In this document: positions 6,377 through 15,837 of the stretch, piece by piece
How the letters are laid out: each line of letters starts with the position of its first letter
Position numbering within the stretch: the stretch's first letter is position 1
DNA from: a virus
IMG/VR virus record: IMGVR_UViG_3300029316_000009
DNA: 44,478 bases
Reading direction: 5' to 3' (one strand)
Position numbers and translations under genes: made by a program
Notes under the pieces: generated by a model
The model's input: only the letters and a program-made list of their open reading frames with translations
Told to the model about the DNA's origin: nothing
Database searches by the model: none

Positions 6377-6662
6377 CTTGCAAGGAATGGTGAACCTTGT
6401 AGGGCTTGCTGATTAGAAGTTTTTGCTTTCTTTTTCGTTTCATGTCCTCCTTTCTTTGCGAATATGCCCTTAAGAGAAACAGATGAAGCAGATTTGAGCG
6501 GAATCTGGAGGTTGAAAAGCGGATGCAATTTCCGGCATATTCATTAGTCAGTTTGACTGACTGGTAACACCTCCTCATGAATAAAACAACATCTCCGTGG
6601 AAGTCGGATAGTGGCAGGCATAACACGATAAATACCTTGCTAACCCGGGAATCCGGGTTAAT

Positions 6663-6735
6663 GGAAATATAGCTCTAGTGGTAGAGCAATATCCGCATAG
6701 GATATTGGTTAGGGGTTCGATTCCCCTTATTTCCT
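6663..6735 (+). tRNA. tRNA with CAU anticodon (Met or Ile2-type), atypical anticodon loop
   Basis: Manual fold: acceptor GGAAATA/TATTTCC, D arm GCTC-TAGTGGTA-GAGC, anticodon arm ATATC-CGCATAG-GATAT, variable TGGTT, T arm AGGGG-TTCGATT-CCCCT. No encoded CCA. Position 33 is G instead of the near-universal U. Confidence 0.7.
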
Positions 6736-6810
6736 TACCTTGCCAGTGGTCTAACTGGCTTAATCCATTTACCTGCGGCGGCAGGTCAATAAACACGACC
6801 AGGAGGATAT

Positions 6811-7443
6811 ATGCAGAAACTTATTGACACATTAAAATCATTTGGAATTGAAATCCCGGAGGACAAACAGGCAGATATAAAGAAAGCACTTTCTGAGAAT
6901 TACAAGAATGCAAAGGAAGTTGCAAAAACTCTGTCAAAAGTTGAGGGAGAACGAGACGACTGGAAAGAACGCGCAGAGACAGCAGAAAAGACCCTGAAAG
7001 GTTTTGATGGTATCGACCCGGCGAACATTCAGACAGAGCTTGCTGGATGGAAGAAGAAAGCTGAGGACGCAGAGAAAGAATTCAATGCAAAAATCTACGA
7101 CCGTGATTTCTCAGACGCTCTGAAAGCGGCACTCGACGATGTTAAGTTTTCCAGCGAAGCAGCTAAGAAGTCAGTCATGGCAGACATTAAAGAAGCCGGA
7201 TTGAAACTGAAAAACGGTAAAATCCTTGGGCTGAATGATCTGATTGAGCAGATGAAACAGTCTGACGCATCCGCTTTCGTGGATGAATCTCAGCAGCAGG
7301 CTCAGCAGAATCAGGCAAGGTTTACTACTCATGTTGGACAGCAACAGACACCGGGAAGCATGACAAAGAAAGATATCGAAGCGATCAAAGACCCGTCCGA
7401 GAGGCAGGCTGCAATTGCTCAGAATATCCAGTTATTCCAGTGA
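6811..7443 (+). CDS. Scaffolding protein (GP20-type)
   Basis: It sits immediately upstream of the major capsid gene. Charged coiled-coil sequence (KVEGERDDWKERAETAEKTLKGF...) and a strong RBS. Confidence 0.8.
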   Translation: MQKLIDTLKSFGIEIPEDKQADIKKALSENYKNAKEVAKTLSKVEGERDDWKERAETAEKTLKGFDGIDPANIQTELAGWKKKAEDAEKEFNAKIYDRDFSDALKAALDDVKFSSEAAKKSVMADIKEAGLKLKNGKILGLNDLIEQMKQSDASAFVDESQQQAQQNQARFTTHVGQQQTPGSMTKKDIEAIKDPSERQAAIAQNIQLFQ

Positions 7444-7518
7444 TTTTTACACCGACTATACACCAGAGTATAGCCGCTAACCCAATACCTTAACAATTAT
7501 GGGTAGAAAGGATTTTTT

Positions 7519-8688
7519 ATGCCAGCAAAAACAAATCTTATTATGACTAATGATATTCATGTCACAGCACGTGAGATTGACTTTGTTACCAGATTCGAAA
7601 GAAACTGGCAGCACTTACGTGATATTCTGGGTATCATGAGACCTATCAAAAAACAGCCGGGTGCTGTGCTTAAGTCCAAGTACGCAGAGGGCACTTTACA
7701 GAGTGGACTTGTCGGTGAGGGTGAGGAAATCCCTTACAGCAAGTTTACTGTAAAAGAAAAGACCTATGCGGAAATGACTATTGAGAAATACGCAAAGGCT
7801 GTATCTATCGAAGCAATCAAGGATCACGGTTATGAGAACGCTGTTCAGATGACTGATGATGAATTCCTTTTCCAGCTTCAGACCAATGTTACTGAAAGAT
7901 TTTACGACTATCTGAAAACAGGTACCCTCACATTTACAGAAACTACTTTCCAGATGGCTTTGGCAATGGCCAAGGGTCGGGTTGAGAACAAATTCAAACA
8001 GATGCACAGAAATGTGACTGGTGTTGTTGGATTTGTCAACATTCTGGACGTATATGAATACCTCGGAGCAGCTGAGATCACTATCCAGAATCAGTTCGGA
8101 TTCCAGTACATGAAAGATTTCATGGGCTTCAACACCATCTTCCTGTTATCCGAAAAGGAAATTCCAAGAGGAACAGTTATCGCTACCCCTGTTGAGAACA
8201 TCGTACTGTACTATGTTGACCCGAATGAATCTGACTTTGCAAGAGCAGGTCTTGTATACACCGTATCTGGTGAGACAAACCTGATCGGATTCCACACACA
8301 GGGCAACTATCACACAGCAGTATCCGAAGCATTCGCAATCATGGGACTTACCCTCTTTGCAGAGTACATTGATGCTATTGCTGTTGGAACCATCAACACA
8401 ACTCAGACGCTTGGAACTCTGACTGTAAACTCCACAGCAGGAAGTAAAAGTGGAGATACTAAAGTGACCATCATTCCGGCAAAAGCGAGCGCAGGAAATG
8501 TGTATAAGTACAAGGTTGCATCTTCTGAGACTGCCGTAGACTACGGACAGAATGTGAAGAACTGGAGCGCGTGGGATGGTGAATCCGACATTACAGCAAC
8601 AACAGGACAGGTAATCACAGTGGTTGAATGTGACAGCACCTATAAGGCGCTGAGCGCAGGACATGCGACTGTAGCAGCAAAACCATAA
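7519..8688 (+). CDS. Major capsid protein with a C-terminal Ig-like extension
   Basis: Position after the scaffold gene, a size of 389 aa, and an N-terminus (REIDFVTRFERNWQHLRDILGI) typical of A118/Sfi11-type capsid proteins. The last roughly 90 aa are beta-rich. Confidence 0.85.
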   Translation: MPAKTNLIMTNDIHVTAREIDFVTRFERNWQHLRDILGIMRPIKKQPGAVLKSKYAEGTLQSGLVGEGEEIPYSKFTVKEKTYAEMTIEKYAKAVSIEAIKDHGYENAVQMTDDEFLFQLQTNVTERFYDYLKTGTLTFTETTFQMALAMAKGRVENKFKQMHRNVTGVVGFVNILDVYEYLGAAEITIQNQFGFQYMKDFMGFNTIFLLSEKEIPRGTVIATPVENIVLYYVDPNESDFARAGLVYTVSGETNLIGFHTQGNYHTAVSEAFAIMGLTLFAEYIDAIAVGTINTTQTLGTLTVNSTAGSKSGDTKVTIIPAKASAGNVYKYKVASSETAVDYGQNVKNWSAWDGESDITATTGQVITVVECDSTYKALSAGHATVAAKP

Positions 8689-8706
8689 ATGTAGGAGGTA
8701 ACTGGC

Positions 8707-9198
8707 ATGGCTTATGCAGATTATAAATTCTATACAGAATCATTCGGCAATGTCGTGCCAGAAACCGACTTTCCGCGACTGGCAGAAAGAGCCAGCGATT
8801 TTGTGGACACAATGACGTTTGACAGGCTGGTGGACGGACTGCCAACAAACGAACGCTCACAGAAGCGTATCAAAAAGGCAGTTTGTTCATTGGCTGAATT
8901 AATGTATCAGATTGAGCTTGCTGAGAAGAATGCTATCAATCAGGCATCAGCTAATGTGACCGACGTAAATGTCGGGAACATCTCAACAGGCATTGTAACA
9001 TCTGTAAGTTCTGGCAGTGAATCTATCTCTTATGCAACACCTCAGCAGATTGGAGCGAGTGCAAAAGAATGGAGTGCGGTGTATGCTGCCGCCGGAGATG
9101 TACAGAAAACGAACGACTTACTCTTAAAGACAGCTTTACCGCTTTTGACGGGAGTAAGGACGGATGATGGAATACCAGTATTGTATGCAGGAGTGTAA
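8707..9198 (+). CDS. Head-tail connector (gp6-like adaptor) protein
   Basis: First gene after the capsid gene, with the N-terminal pattern YADYKFYTESFGN..PETDFPRLAERASDFVD. Confidence 0.6.
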   Translation: MAYADYKFYTESFGNVVPETDFPRLAERASDFVDTMTFDRLVDGLPTNERSQKRIKKAVCSLAELMYQIELAEKNAINQASANVTDVNVGNISTGIVTSVSSGSESISYATPQQIGASAKEWSAVYAAAGDVQKTNDLLLKTALPLLTGVRTDDGIPVLYAGV

Positions 9199-9203
9199 TT
9201 AGT

Positions 9204-9377
9204 ATGAATAAAGTAATGTGCTTTTTAACTGGCGGGCATAAATTCAAAAGTCCTGCTGAATCAAAATGCAATGGCAAAGAAAAGACTTGTACCATTACGG
9301 AAACTTGCTGTAAATGTGGAAAACAGTTTTCATTTACAGGTACATACAAACAGTTTGGTATTCCAGATATGAGGTGA
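9204..9377 (+). CDS. Small Cys-rich protein (57 aa)
   Basis: ATG at 9204 and TGA at 9375-9377. It contains C..C and CCKCG motifs and is below the track cut-off. Confidence 0.4.
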   Translation: MNKVMCFLTGGHKFKSPAESKCNGKEKTCTITETCCKCGKQFSFTGTYKQFGIPDMR

Positions 9378-9382
9378 AAATT

Positions 9383-9652
9383 ATGGATATTTCAACATTA
9401 GGCTCATGTATAGCAATCGTTATGATTTGCTATATCGTAGGAATGGGCTGCAAAGCATCAAAAAGAATCTCAGATGAATGGATTCCGGTGATCATGGCAG
9501 TTATTGGTGGAATTCTCGGAGCTGTCGGAATGGGAGTTATCCCGGACTTTCCGGCATCAGATTATATCACAGCAGTTGCGGTCGGTATGTTTAACGGGCT
9601 GTCGGCAACCGGCGTGAATCAGGTTATTAAGCAGACAGTGCAGAAAGAATAA
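9383..9652 (+). CDS. Holin-like three-TM protein (Hol118 / Phage_holin_1-like)
   Basis: 89 aa from the ATG at 9383 with three hydrophobic segments. EWIPVIMAVIGGILGAVGMG and AVGMFNGLSATGVNQVIKQ resemble the Listeria A118 holin pattern (KWLPTVSILIGAILGA...GLFEQ). Confidence 0.6.
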   Translation: MDISTLGSCIAIVMICYIVGMGCKASKRISDEWIPVIMAVIGGILGAVGMGVIPDFPASDYITAVAVGMFNGLSATGVNQVIKQTVQKE

Positions 9653-9670
9653 CATTAAGGAGAGGGTATC

Positions 9671-10132
9671 ATGTATAGCAAAACTGTGACGATTTTTGAT
9701 TATTATGAATCAGCCACGACAGGAGATGCGTACTGGTATCCTCATGTTTTATCCGGCGTTGACCTCATTACGGACAAAGGAGCAATCCTTAAGAAGTACG
9801 GACCAGACGCAACAGACAACGCACAGTTACACGTACGCTATACCGCCCAGAATGGCGATATAACCATTACTGATAAAGACAGCAAGATTCTTCCATGGAT
9901 GCCACCTAAAGAGTGGAAACAGCAGATTAACAACGCTCTGGAGGACACTATTACATTCTCGGATGAATCATTCTTCTGGGAGGGTGAGTGGATTGGCGGA
10001 ACGGTAACCGATAGCGATTATCGGAATGGATTCTATCAGTACATGAATGAGAACAGAGATAACGTGTTTAAGATTACCAGTGTTGGCGGTCCGTATACGC
10101 TGATTCCACATTTTGAGATTCTGGGTAAGTAA
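9671..10132 (+). CDS. Head-tail joining protein (minor-capsid / head-closure type)
   Basis: Synteny between the connector and major tail genes, with a strong RBS. Confidence 0.55.
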   Translation: MYSKTVTIFDYYESATTGDAYWYPHVLSGVDLITDKGAILKKYGPDATDNAQLHVRYTAQNGDITITDKDSKILPWMPPKEWKQQINNALEDTITFSDESFFWEGEWIGGTVTDSDYRNGFYQYMNENRDNVFKITSVGGPYTLIPHFEILGK

Positions 10133-10133
10133 T

Positions 10134-10625
10134 ATGAGTAAGATTCATCATTTCAAAGGATTCTCCATAGTCGATGGAGATATGAAAATCAAGCTGAATA
10201 TGGACAGGTTTTCCAGACAGTATCAAGAAGCCCAGTATCTCCTTGACGGAATGGTTATGGACAGCATGGTTCCATTTATGCCAATGATTACCGGAAATTT
10301 TATCAATCGGACAAGAGTTGAGAGTACATCTTTGCAAGGAACTGGGAAAGTATGCGCGGCGGCGGCTCCTTATGGGCGTTTTCTGTACGAGGGGAAAGGA
10401 ATGGTTGATGAAGCAACTGGAAGTCCCTACGCAAGACGTGGAGCAAAGAAAGTTCTTGTTAGTCAGTTTTCTGGTCAGACAGCCGCAAAGGAAAATCTTG
10501 AATACACCAAACAAATTCACCCACAGGCACAAGCAAAGTGGTTCGATGCCGCTAAACGACAATACGGTAGCACATGGATTCGCAAAGTAAAAGCACAGGC
10601 AGGAGGTGGCAGACATGGCGGATAA
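10134..10625 (+). CDS. Head-tail joining protein (HK97 gp10 / Minor_capsid_1-like)
   Basis: ATG at 10134, with the pattern QEAQYLLDGMVMDSMVPFMPMITGNF and conserved synteny. Confidence 0.55.
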   Translation: MSKIHHFKGFSIVDGDMKIKLNMDRFSRQYQEAQYLLDGMVMDSMVPFMPMITGNFINRTRVESTSLQGTGKVCAAAAPYGRFLYEGKGMVDEATGSPYARRGAKKVLVSQFSGQTAAKENLEYTKQIHPQAQAKWFDAAKRQYGSTWIRKVKAQAGGGRHGG

Positions 10626-11115
10626 ACCTATCGGAAAAGATGCAACCGGATACGAGATTCTGACAGATGCCATGAAAGCACTTCTGAACCAGTATCCGGG
10701 ACTATATGAAAATGAAACAATCAAGTTTGAGGAACTTGGCAAGGAGTCCGGAATTGCGTTCTCGGCAGACAACGGAGCTTTAATCTATTCGGAAAAGGAA
10801 GATGTATGCGGAGTGATGCATCAGGTATGCCAGTACCCATTTTATGTGGTTTACCGCACGGCATCAGACAAAGAACGGCAGAAGTTATCTGTTCAGAAGT
10901 TCCTGGACAATCTCGGTAAATGGATATGCCGGGAACCAGTTATCATAAACGGCTCTGAGACGCGCTTAAATGCTTTTCCAGAGCTTTCACAGGGGCGAGT
11001 GATAAAACGTATAACCCATGATAATTCCTATGGTTTAGAGCCACAGGAGAGTGGCGTACAGGACTGGTTATTGCCATTGTCAGTACGCTATGAAAATACT
11101 TATGAAGTAATATAA
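10615..11115 (+). CDS. Tail completion / terminator-like protein
   Basis: The ATG at 10615 lies 6 nt after AGGAGGTG. It sits immediately upstream of the major tail protein gene. Confidence 0.5.
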   Translation: MADKPIGKDATGYEILTDAMKALLNQYPGLYENETIKFEELGKESGIAFSADNGALIYSEKEDVCGVMHQVCQYPFYVVYRTASDKERQKLSVQKFLDNLGKWICREPVIINGSETRLNAFPELSQGRVIKRITHDNSYGLEPQESGVQDWLLPLSVRYENTYEVI

Positions 11116-11196
11116 CAAGTAACAACCGGCTATCAATTGGAGATAGTCGCTAACCTACACAGCCTTTTAAAAGTTATAGGCAGAAAGGACATTTCT

Positions 11197-11697
11197 ATGG
11201 CAGTTACAGGAAAAATTGACCGTAAATATATGGCTCATTATATTGATGCAGGTTCCCTCTGCGGAGGGCTGACACCAAAATATGAGCGTCTTGGAAAGGA
11301 CCTGGAAGAGTACAATGTCGAACTCAATCCAGATACCGAAACATCTAAAAACATTCTTGGAGAATCCACATTCAAGCATAACGGCTACGAAGTTTCTTCT
11401 GACGCTGATCCGTTTTATGCAGATACCACATCAGACCTGTTCACAGCGTTGCAGAAGATTGTAGATGGACGTCTCAAAGATGACAACCTCAAAACAAAAG
11501 CAGTTGAGGTTCATCTGTGGACAGAAGCTACAGCAGGAAAGTATGAAGCATACCAGCAGGATTGTTATGTTGTGCCGACCTCCTATGGCGGTGATACATC
11601 CGGTTATCAGATTCCGTTTACTGTCAACTATGTTGGCGAACGTGTAAAAGGAAAATTTGATATCAGTTCCGGTACATTCACAGCCGACAGCGAATAA
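11197..11697 (+). CDS. Major tail protein
   Basis: Position before the chaperone pair and tape measure gene, size about 166 aa from the ATG at 11197. Confidence 0.7.
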   Translation: MAVTGKIDRKYMAHYIDAGSLCGGLTPKYERLGKDLEEYNVELNPDTETSKNILGESTFKHNGYEVSSDADPFYADTTSDLFTALQKIVDGRLKDDNLKTKAVEVHLWTEATAGKYEAYQQDCYVVPTSYGGDTSGYQIPFTVNYVGERVKGKFDISSGTFTADSE

Positions 11698-11723
11698 GCA
11701 CATATACAAGGAGGACATGCTAA

Positions 11724-12149
11724 ATGGCAAAAGTAATTAATACAAAAATTGATGATGGAATTCTCGTTTTTACATTCACAAATAACAAAGGTGAAGTTTT
11801 TTCTTCTTTCAAACTGAACCCGACAGATATCAATGTGGCAGCACGTGCAGAAGAACTGGAGGAGTGCTTTGAACAGTTCAAGGCTTCCGTCCAGAAAGTC
11901 ACATCTGGTAAAGAAATGGCGGAACTGAATAAACAGATTGAGGATAAAATCAATTATCTCCTTGGATATGAAGCATCCAAGGACCTGTTTAAAGAACCAA
12001 TTACCGCAACAACTGTATTCGGTAATGGCCAGGTATTTGCTTATATCGTTCTGGACAAGATCACAGAAGCAATCGCACCGGAAATTGAAAAGAGAAAAAA
12101 GAAAATGCAGGCAGCAGTTAACAAGTATACGGAGAAATATGAAAAATGA
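11724..12149 (+). CDS. Tail assembly chaperone
   Basis: Acidic 141-aa protein between the major tail and tape measure genes. Confidence 0.65.
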   Translation: MAKVINTKIDDGILVFTFTNNKGEVFSSFKLNPTDINVAARAEELEECFEQFKASVQKVTSGKEMAELNKQIEDKINYLLGYEASKDLFKEPITATTVFGNGQVFAYIVLDKITEAIAPEIEKRKKKMQAAVNKYTEKYEK

Positions 12150-12718
12150 CCGCCTATGAGCTTCCCACCTCACTGAACATAAGTGGGGTGGATTTTTCTA
12201 TCAGAACGGATTTTCGAGCAATCATTGATATTCTCATTGCGTGGAATGATCCAGAGTTAGACGAACAGGCGAAGTCAATTGTTATGATACAGATTCTGTT
12301 CGAGGATTGGCAGAGCATACCGCCGGAACATTTATCTGAAGCCTGTCAGAAAGCGTGTGAATTTATTGACTGTGGACAGACTGATGACAACCCGAACAAA
12401 CCAAAGCCCCGTTTGATGGACTGGGAACAGGACGGAGATATGATTGTACCGGCTGTAAATAAAGTTGCCGGAAAAGAAATCAGAGCCATTCCGTATATGC
12501 ACTGGTGGACATTTTTTGGATATTTCATGGAATCCGGTGAGTGCCTGTTCAACACAGTTGTTGGAATCCGCTCTAAAAAGGCGAAGGGCGAACGTCTGGA
12601 TAAATGGGAAAAGAAATTCTATCAGGAAAACAAAAATATTATTGATATAAAGACACGTCTCAGCGACGATGAGCAAGCTTATAAAGATAAGCTGAATGAG
12701 ATGTTGAACCTCAAATAG
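12146..12718 (+). CDS. Phage Gp15-family protein (second tail chaperone position)
   Basis: N-terminus YELPTSLNISGVDFSIRTDFRAIIDIL..W is typical of the Gp15 family. Its start overlaps the upstream stop (ATGA). Confidence 0.7.
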   Translation: MTAYELPTSLNISGVDFSIRTDFRAIIDILIAWNDPELDEQAKSIVMIQILFEDWQSIPPEHLSEACQKACEFIDCGQTDDNPNKPKPRLMDWEQDGDMIVPAVNKVAGKEIRAIPYMHWWTFFGYFMESGECLFNTVVGIRSKKAKGERLDKWEKKFYQENKNIIDIKTRLSDDEQAYKDKLNEMLNLK

Positions 12719-12733
12719 TTAGGAGGCGAACAC

Positions 12734-15700
12734 ATGGCTGCTGATGGCTCAATTATTATTGATACTAAGCTTGATACATCTGGAATTGATAATGGAGTAT
12801 CAAGGATTAAACAGTCATTTAACAGCCTTGGTAGTGCTGTAAAAAAAATCGGTCTGTTAATTGGTGGGGCTTTTGCTGTTGGTAAGTTGGTGCAGTTTGG
12901 AAAAGAGTGTATTGAGCTAGGCTCCGACCTCGCAGAAGTTCAGAATGTGGTCGATGTTACATTCACCACCATGTCGGATAAGGTCAATGAATTTGCAAAG
13001 AATGCAATGGTCTCAGCCGGACTGTCAGAGACAATGGCAAAAAGGTATGTTGGTACGTTCGGAGCAATGTCTAAGTCATTCGGATTCTCAGAATCACAGG
13101 CTTACGACATGTCAACGGCTCTGACACAGCTGACTGGTGACGTAGCATCATTTTACAACATCAGTCAGGACTTAGCCTATATCAAACTGAAATCCGTATT
13201 TACTGGTGAAACGGAAACGCTCAAGGACCTCGGCGTGGTAATGACCCAGACGGCACTTGATCAGTACGCACTGGCAAATGGCTACGGCAAAACTACATCT
13301 GCTATGACCGAGCAGGAGAAAGTAGCTCTCCGTCTGGCTTTTGTGCAGAAACAATTATCGGCTGCATCTGGTGATTTCATCCGAACATCTGACTCATGGG
13401 CGAATCAGGTGAGAGTTATGCAGTTACAGCTACAGTCCCTCAAGGCAACAGTCGGACAAGGTTTGATTAATATTTTTACACCTGTTCTGAAAGTAATCAA
13501 TATTCTTCTCGGCAAACTGGCGACTCTGGCAAACGCATTTAAGTCATTCACGGAGCTTATTACTGGCAAGAAATCATCAGGTCAGACAGGTGGAAGCGGC
13601 GCAGGGCTTGCCGGAACAGATACAGTTGCAGATACGGCAGATCAGTATGGACAGGCAGCCGATAATGCAGAGAAACTGGCAGATGCCACAAACGATAATG
13701 CTAAGGCAACGAAAAAGGCAAATAAAGAAACAAAAAATTATCTTTCTTCATTGGACGAAATACACAAAGCTACCTCTACAGATAGTAGCTCTTCCATACC
13801 ATCTTCATCTGGCGGGAGTGGTGGAGCGTCTGGAGGATTATCTGGTGCAGTAAGCAATGTGGATTACGGAAAACTTGCAGAAGGCGAAACGACTATTAAA
13901 AAAATGTCCAAGCCGCTTGATTCCATAATAAAGAAGTTTAAAAAATTAGCCAAATTGCTATCAAAAGGATTCTGGGATGGACTAGGCGATTACAAACCGA
14001 TTTTTGATGATATTAAGGAAAATATTAACTCTATCGGGAAATCCTTGCAGAATATATTTACTGATCCAGAAGTAATTGGAGCGGCAAGTGATTTTTTAGA
14101 TACATTTGCCTATTCCATTGGAAGAGTATCTGGATCTTTTTCGAGGATTGGAATAACAATTGCTCAAAATCTTATTGGAGGAATAGAAAAATTTCTAAAG
14201 CAAAACACCAGTAGAATAAAAACATATTTAATTGATATGTTTGATATTGGATCTGAGGTTGCTCAAATTGAAGGAAATTTTTCATCCGCTCTAGCAGAGG
14301 TATTTTCTGCATTTGGTGGAGAAATTGCGCAGCAGATAACAGCCAATATCATAGGGATATTCTCAAATATCTCAATGACTGCTATGGGATTATGTGCAAG
14401 ACTTGGAAGAGATATGCTGAATATGATCGCACAGCCGTTCATTGATAATAAGGATATATTAAAAAGCGCAGTCGAAGGAACACTTGGGGTTATCGAAACA
14501 ATAACCGATGGATTATCGACAGTTATTCAAAATCTTTCCGATTTAGTGACCGCATTATACGATGAGCATTTAAAACCTTTTTTTGATTCAATAGCTAATG
14601 GACTTTCAACCATTTTTGGAACTTTAATAGATGGATATAACACATATATTCTTCCAGTTATGCAAGGTTTAGCTTCTAAGATAAAAGAGCTTATGGATGG
14701 GGAATTGGGAGAAATGTTTGTAAAAGTCCAAACTTTTCTCGGCAAATTAATAGATATCTTAAAAGAGCTTTGGGAAAATATTTTAGTTCCAATAATTAGC
14801 TGGATTGTATCAAATGCAATTCCAGTAATAGCAGACGTTGCAAATGTAATTGGCGACACTGTTATAGAGGCAATAAAATCCGTTATTAAAATTATTGGAG
14901 ATGTATTAGATGTCCTGAGCGGAGTTATTGATTTTCTGAAAGGAGTTTTTACAGGCGATTGGGAACTAGCATGGAACGGAATCAAAGAAACTGCAAGAGG
15001 TACATGGAACCTTATAAAAGATATTATATCTGGAGCCTGGGAAGCTATTAATGGAATAGTAAAAACCGCATTAACAATAATAAAAAGTATCATTTCTCTT
15101 TCTTGGAACGCAATAAAAACAGTTACTGTTACAGTATGGAATGTTATAAAAACATGGCTGTCTAATACATGGGAAGCAATAAAAACTACAGTTTCGACAG
15201 TATTTGACGGAATAAAGTCTAAAATTACAAGAATTTGGGATTCCGTGTCAGAAAAAACGTCATCTATATGGGGAAAAATAAAAACGTTTGTTGACGGAAA
15301 AGTAAGTGCTATTCATGATGCAATCGTGGATAAATTTACAAGTGCCAGAGATACGGTCAGAAGGGCGTTTGAGGGTATACGTGATACCATCAAAGATATA
15401 TTAAACAAGGTGATCGGAATTGCAAACAGCGCTATTGGAACTGTAAACAGTGCAATTGGCGGCATTGAATCAGCATTTACATTTGGACCGTGGAAGGTTC
15501 CAACTCCTTTTGGTTCGAGGACAATTGGATTTACAGCTAATTTCCCAAGAGTTCCTACAATTCCATATCTTGCAAAAGGTGCCGTTATCCCGCCAAGATC
15601 AGAGTTCCTTGCAGTGCTTGGAGATCAGAAGAATGGTCGCAACCTGGAAGCACCAGAAGACCTGTTAAGACAGATCGTAAGAGAGGAAACAGGTGCAAAT

Positions 15701-15826
15701 CGGAATAGTGGCGGAAATTACAGATTTACCGCTCAATTGAACCGTAGAACGATATTTGATGAGATGATTGATGAAGCAAAGTTAAGACGTGACGCAAGCG
15801 GTACGAATCCGTTTGAGCTGGCATAG
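12734..15826 (+). CDS. Tape measure protein
   Basis: 1030 aa, helical and repetitive, with a G/S-rich centre, in the canonical position. Confidence 0.9.
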   Translation: MAADGSIIIDTKLDTSGIDNGVSRIKQSFNSLGSAVKKIGLLIGGAFAVGKLVQFGKECIELGSDLAEVQNVVDVTFTTMSDKVNEFAKNAMVSAGLSETMAKRYVGTFGAMSKSFGFSESQAYDMSTALTQLTGDVASFYNISQDLAYIKLKSVFTGETETLKDLGVVMTQTALDQYALANGYGKTTSAMTEQEKVALRLAFVQKQLSAASGDFIRTSDSWANQVRVMQLQLQSLKATVGQGLINIFTPVLKVINILLGKLATLANAFKSFTELITGKKSSGQTGGSGAGLAGTDTVADTADQYGQAADNAEKLADATNDNAKATKKANKETKNYLSSLDEIHKATSTDSSSSIPSSSGGSGGASGGLSGAVSNVDYGKLAEGETTIKKMSKPLDSIIKKFKKLAKLLSKGFWDGLGDYKPIFDDIKENINSIGKSLQNIFTDPEVIGAASDFLDTFAYSIGRVSGSFSRIGITIAQNLIGGIEKFLKQNTSRIKTYLIDMFDIGSEVAQIEGNFSSALAEVFSAFGGEIAQQITANIIGIFSNISMTAMGLCARLGRDMLNMIAQPFIDNKDILKSAVEGTLGVIETITDGLSTVIQNLSDLVTALYDEHLKPFFDSIANGLSTIFGTLIDGYNTYILPVMQGLASKIKELMDGELGEMFVKVQTFLGKLIDILKELWENILVPIISWIVSNAIPVIADVANVIGDTVIEAIKSVIKIIGDVLDVLSGVIDFLKGVFTGDWELAWNGIKETARGTWNLIKDIISGAWEAINGIVKTALTIIKSIISLSWNAIKTVTVTVWNVIKTWLSNTWEAIKTTVSTVFDGIKSKITRIWDSVSEKTSSIWGKIKTFVDGKVSAIHDAIVDKFTSARDTVRRAFEGIRDTIKDILNKVIGIANSAIGTVNSAIGGIESAFTFGPWKVPTPFGSRTIGFTANFPRVPTIPYLAKGAVIPPRSEFLAVLGDQKNGRNLEAPEDLLRQIVREETGANRNSGGNYRFTAQLNRRTIFDEMIDEAKLRRDASGTNPFELA

Positions 15827-15837
15827 GGGGTGAGAAC

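Noticed and set aside
6354-6626. Minus-strand 90-aa ORF, and an internal basic 29-aa ORF (ATG at 6443), in the tRNA leader.
   Set aside because: The 90-aa ORF has no RBS and an implausible composition. For the internal ATG, the GGAGG lies only 2 nt upstream, too close for initiation.
12095-12121. Slippery heptamer A_AAA_AAG in the correct phase near the end of the tail chaperone gene, suggesting a -1 frameshift fusion to the downstream Gp15-family ORF.
   Set aside because: The -1 frame entered at 12101 (GAA AAT GCA GGC AGC AGT TAA) hits a stop at 12119-12121, before the 12146 start. No G-T-type fusion product can be made.
8146-15093. Long antisense ORFs inside structural genes (8146-8664, 10074-10772, 11628-12173, 14527-15093) and inside the portal gene (43156-44073, 51-290).
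   Set aside because: They are fully embedded opposite well-supported genes, lack RBSs and have low-complexity or skewed composition. These are typical shadow ORFs.
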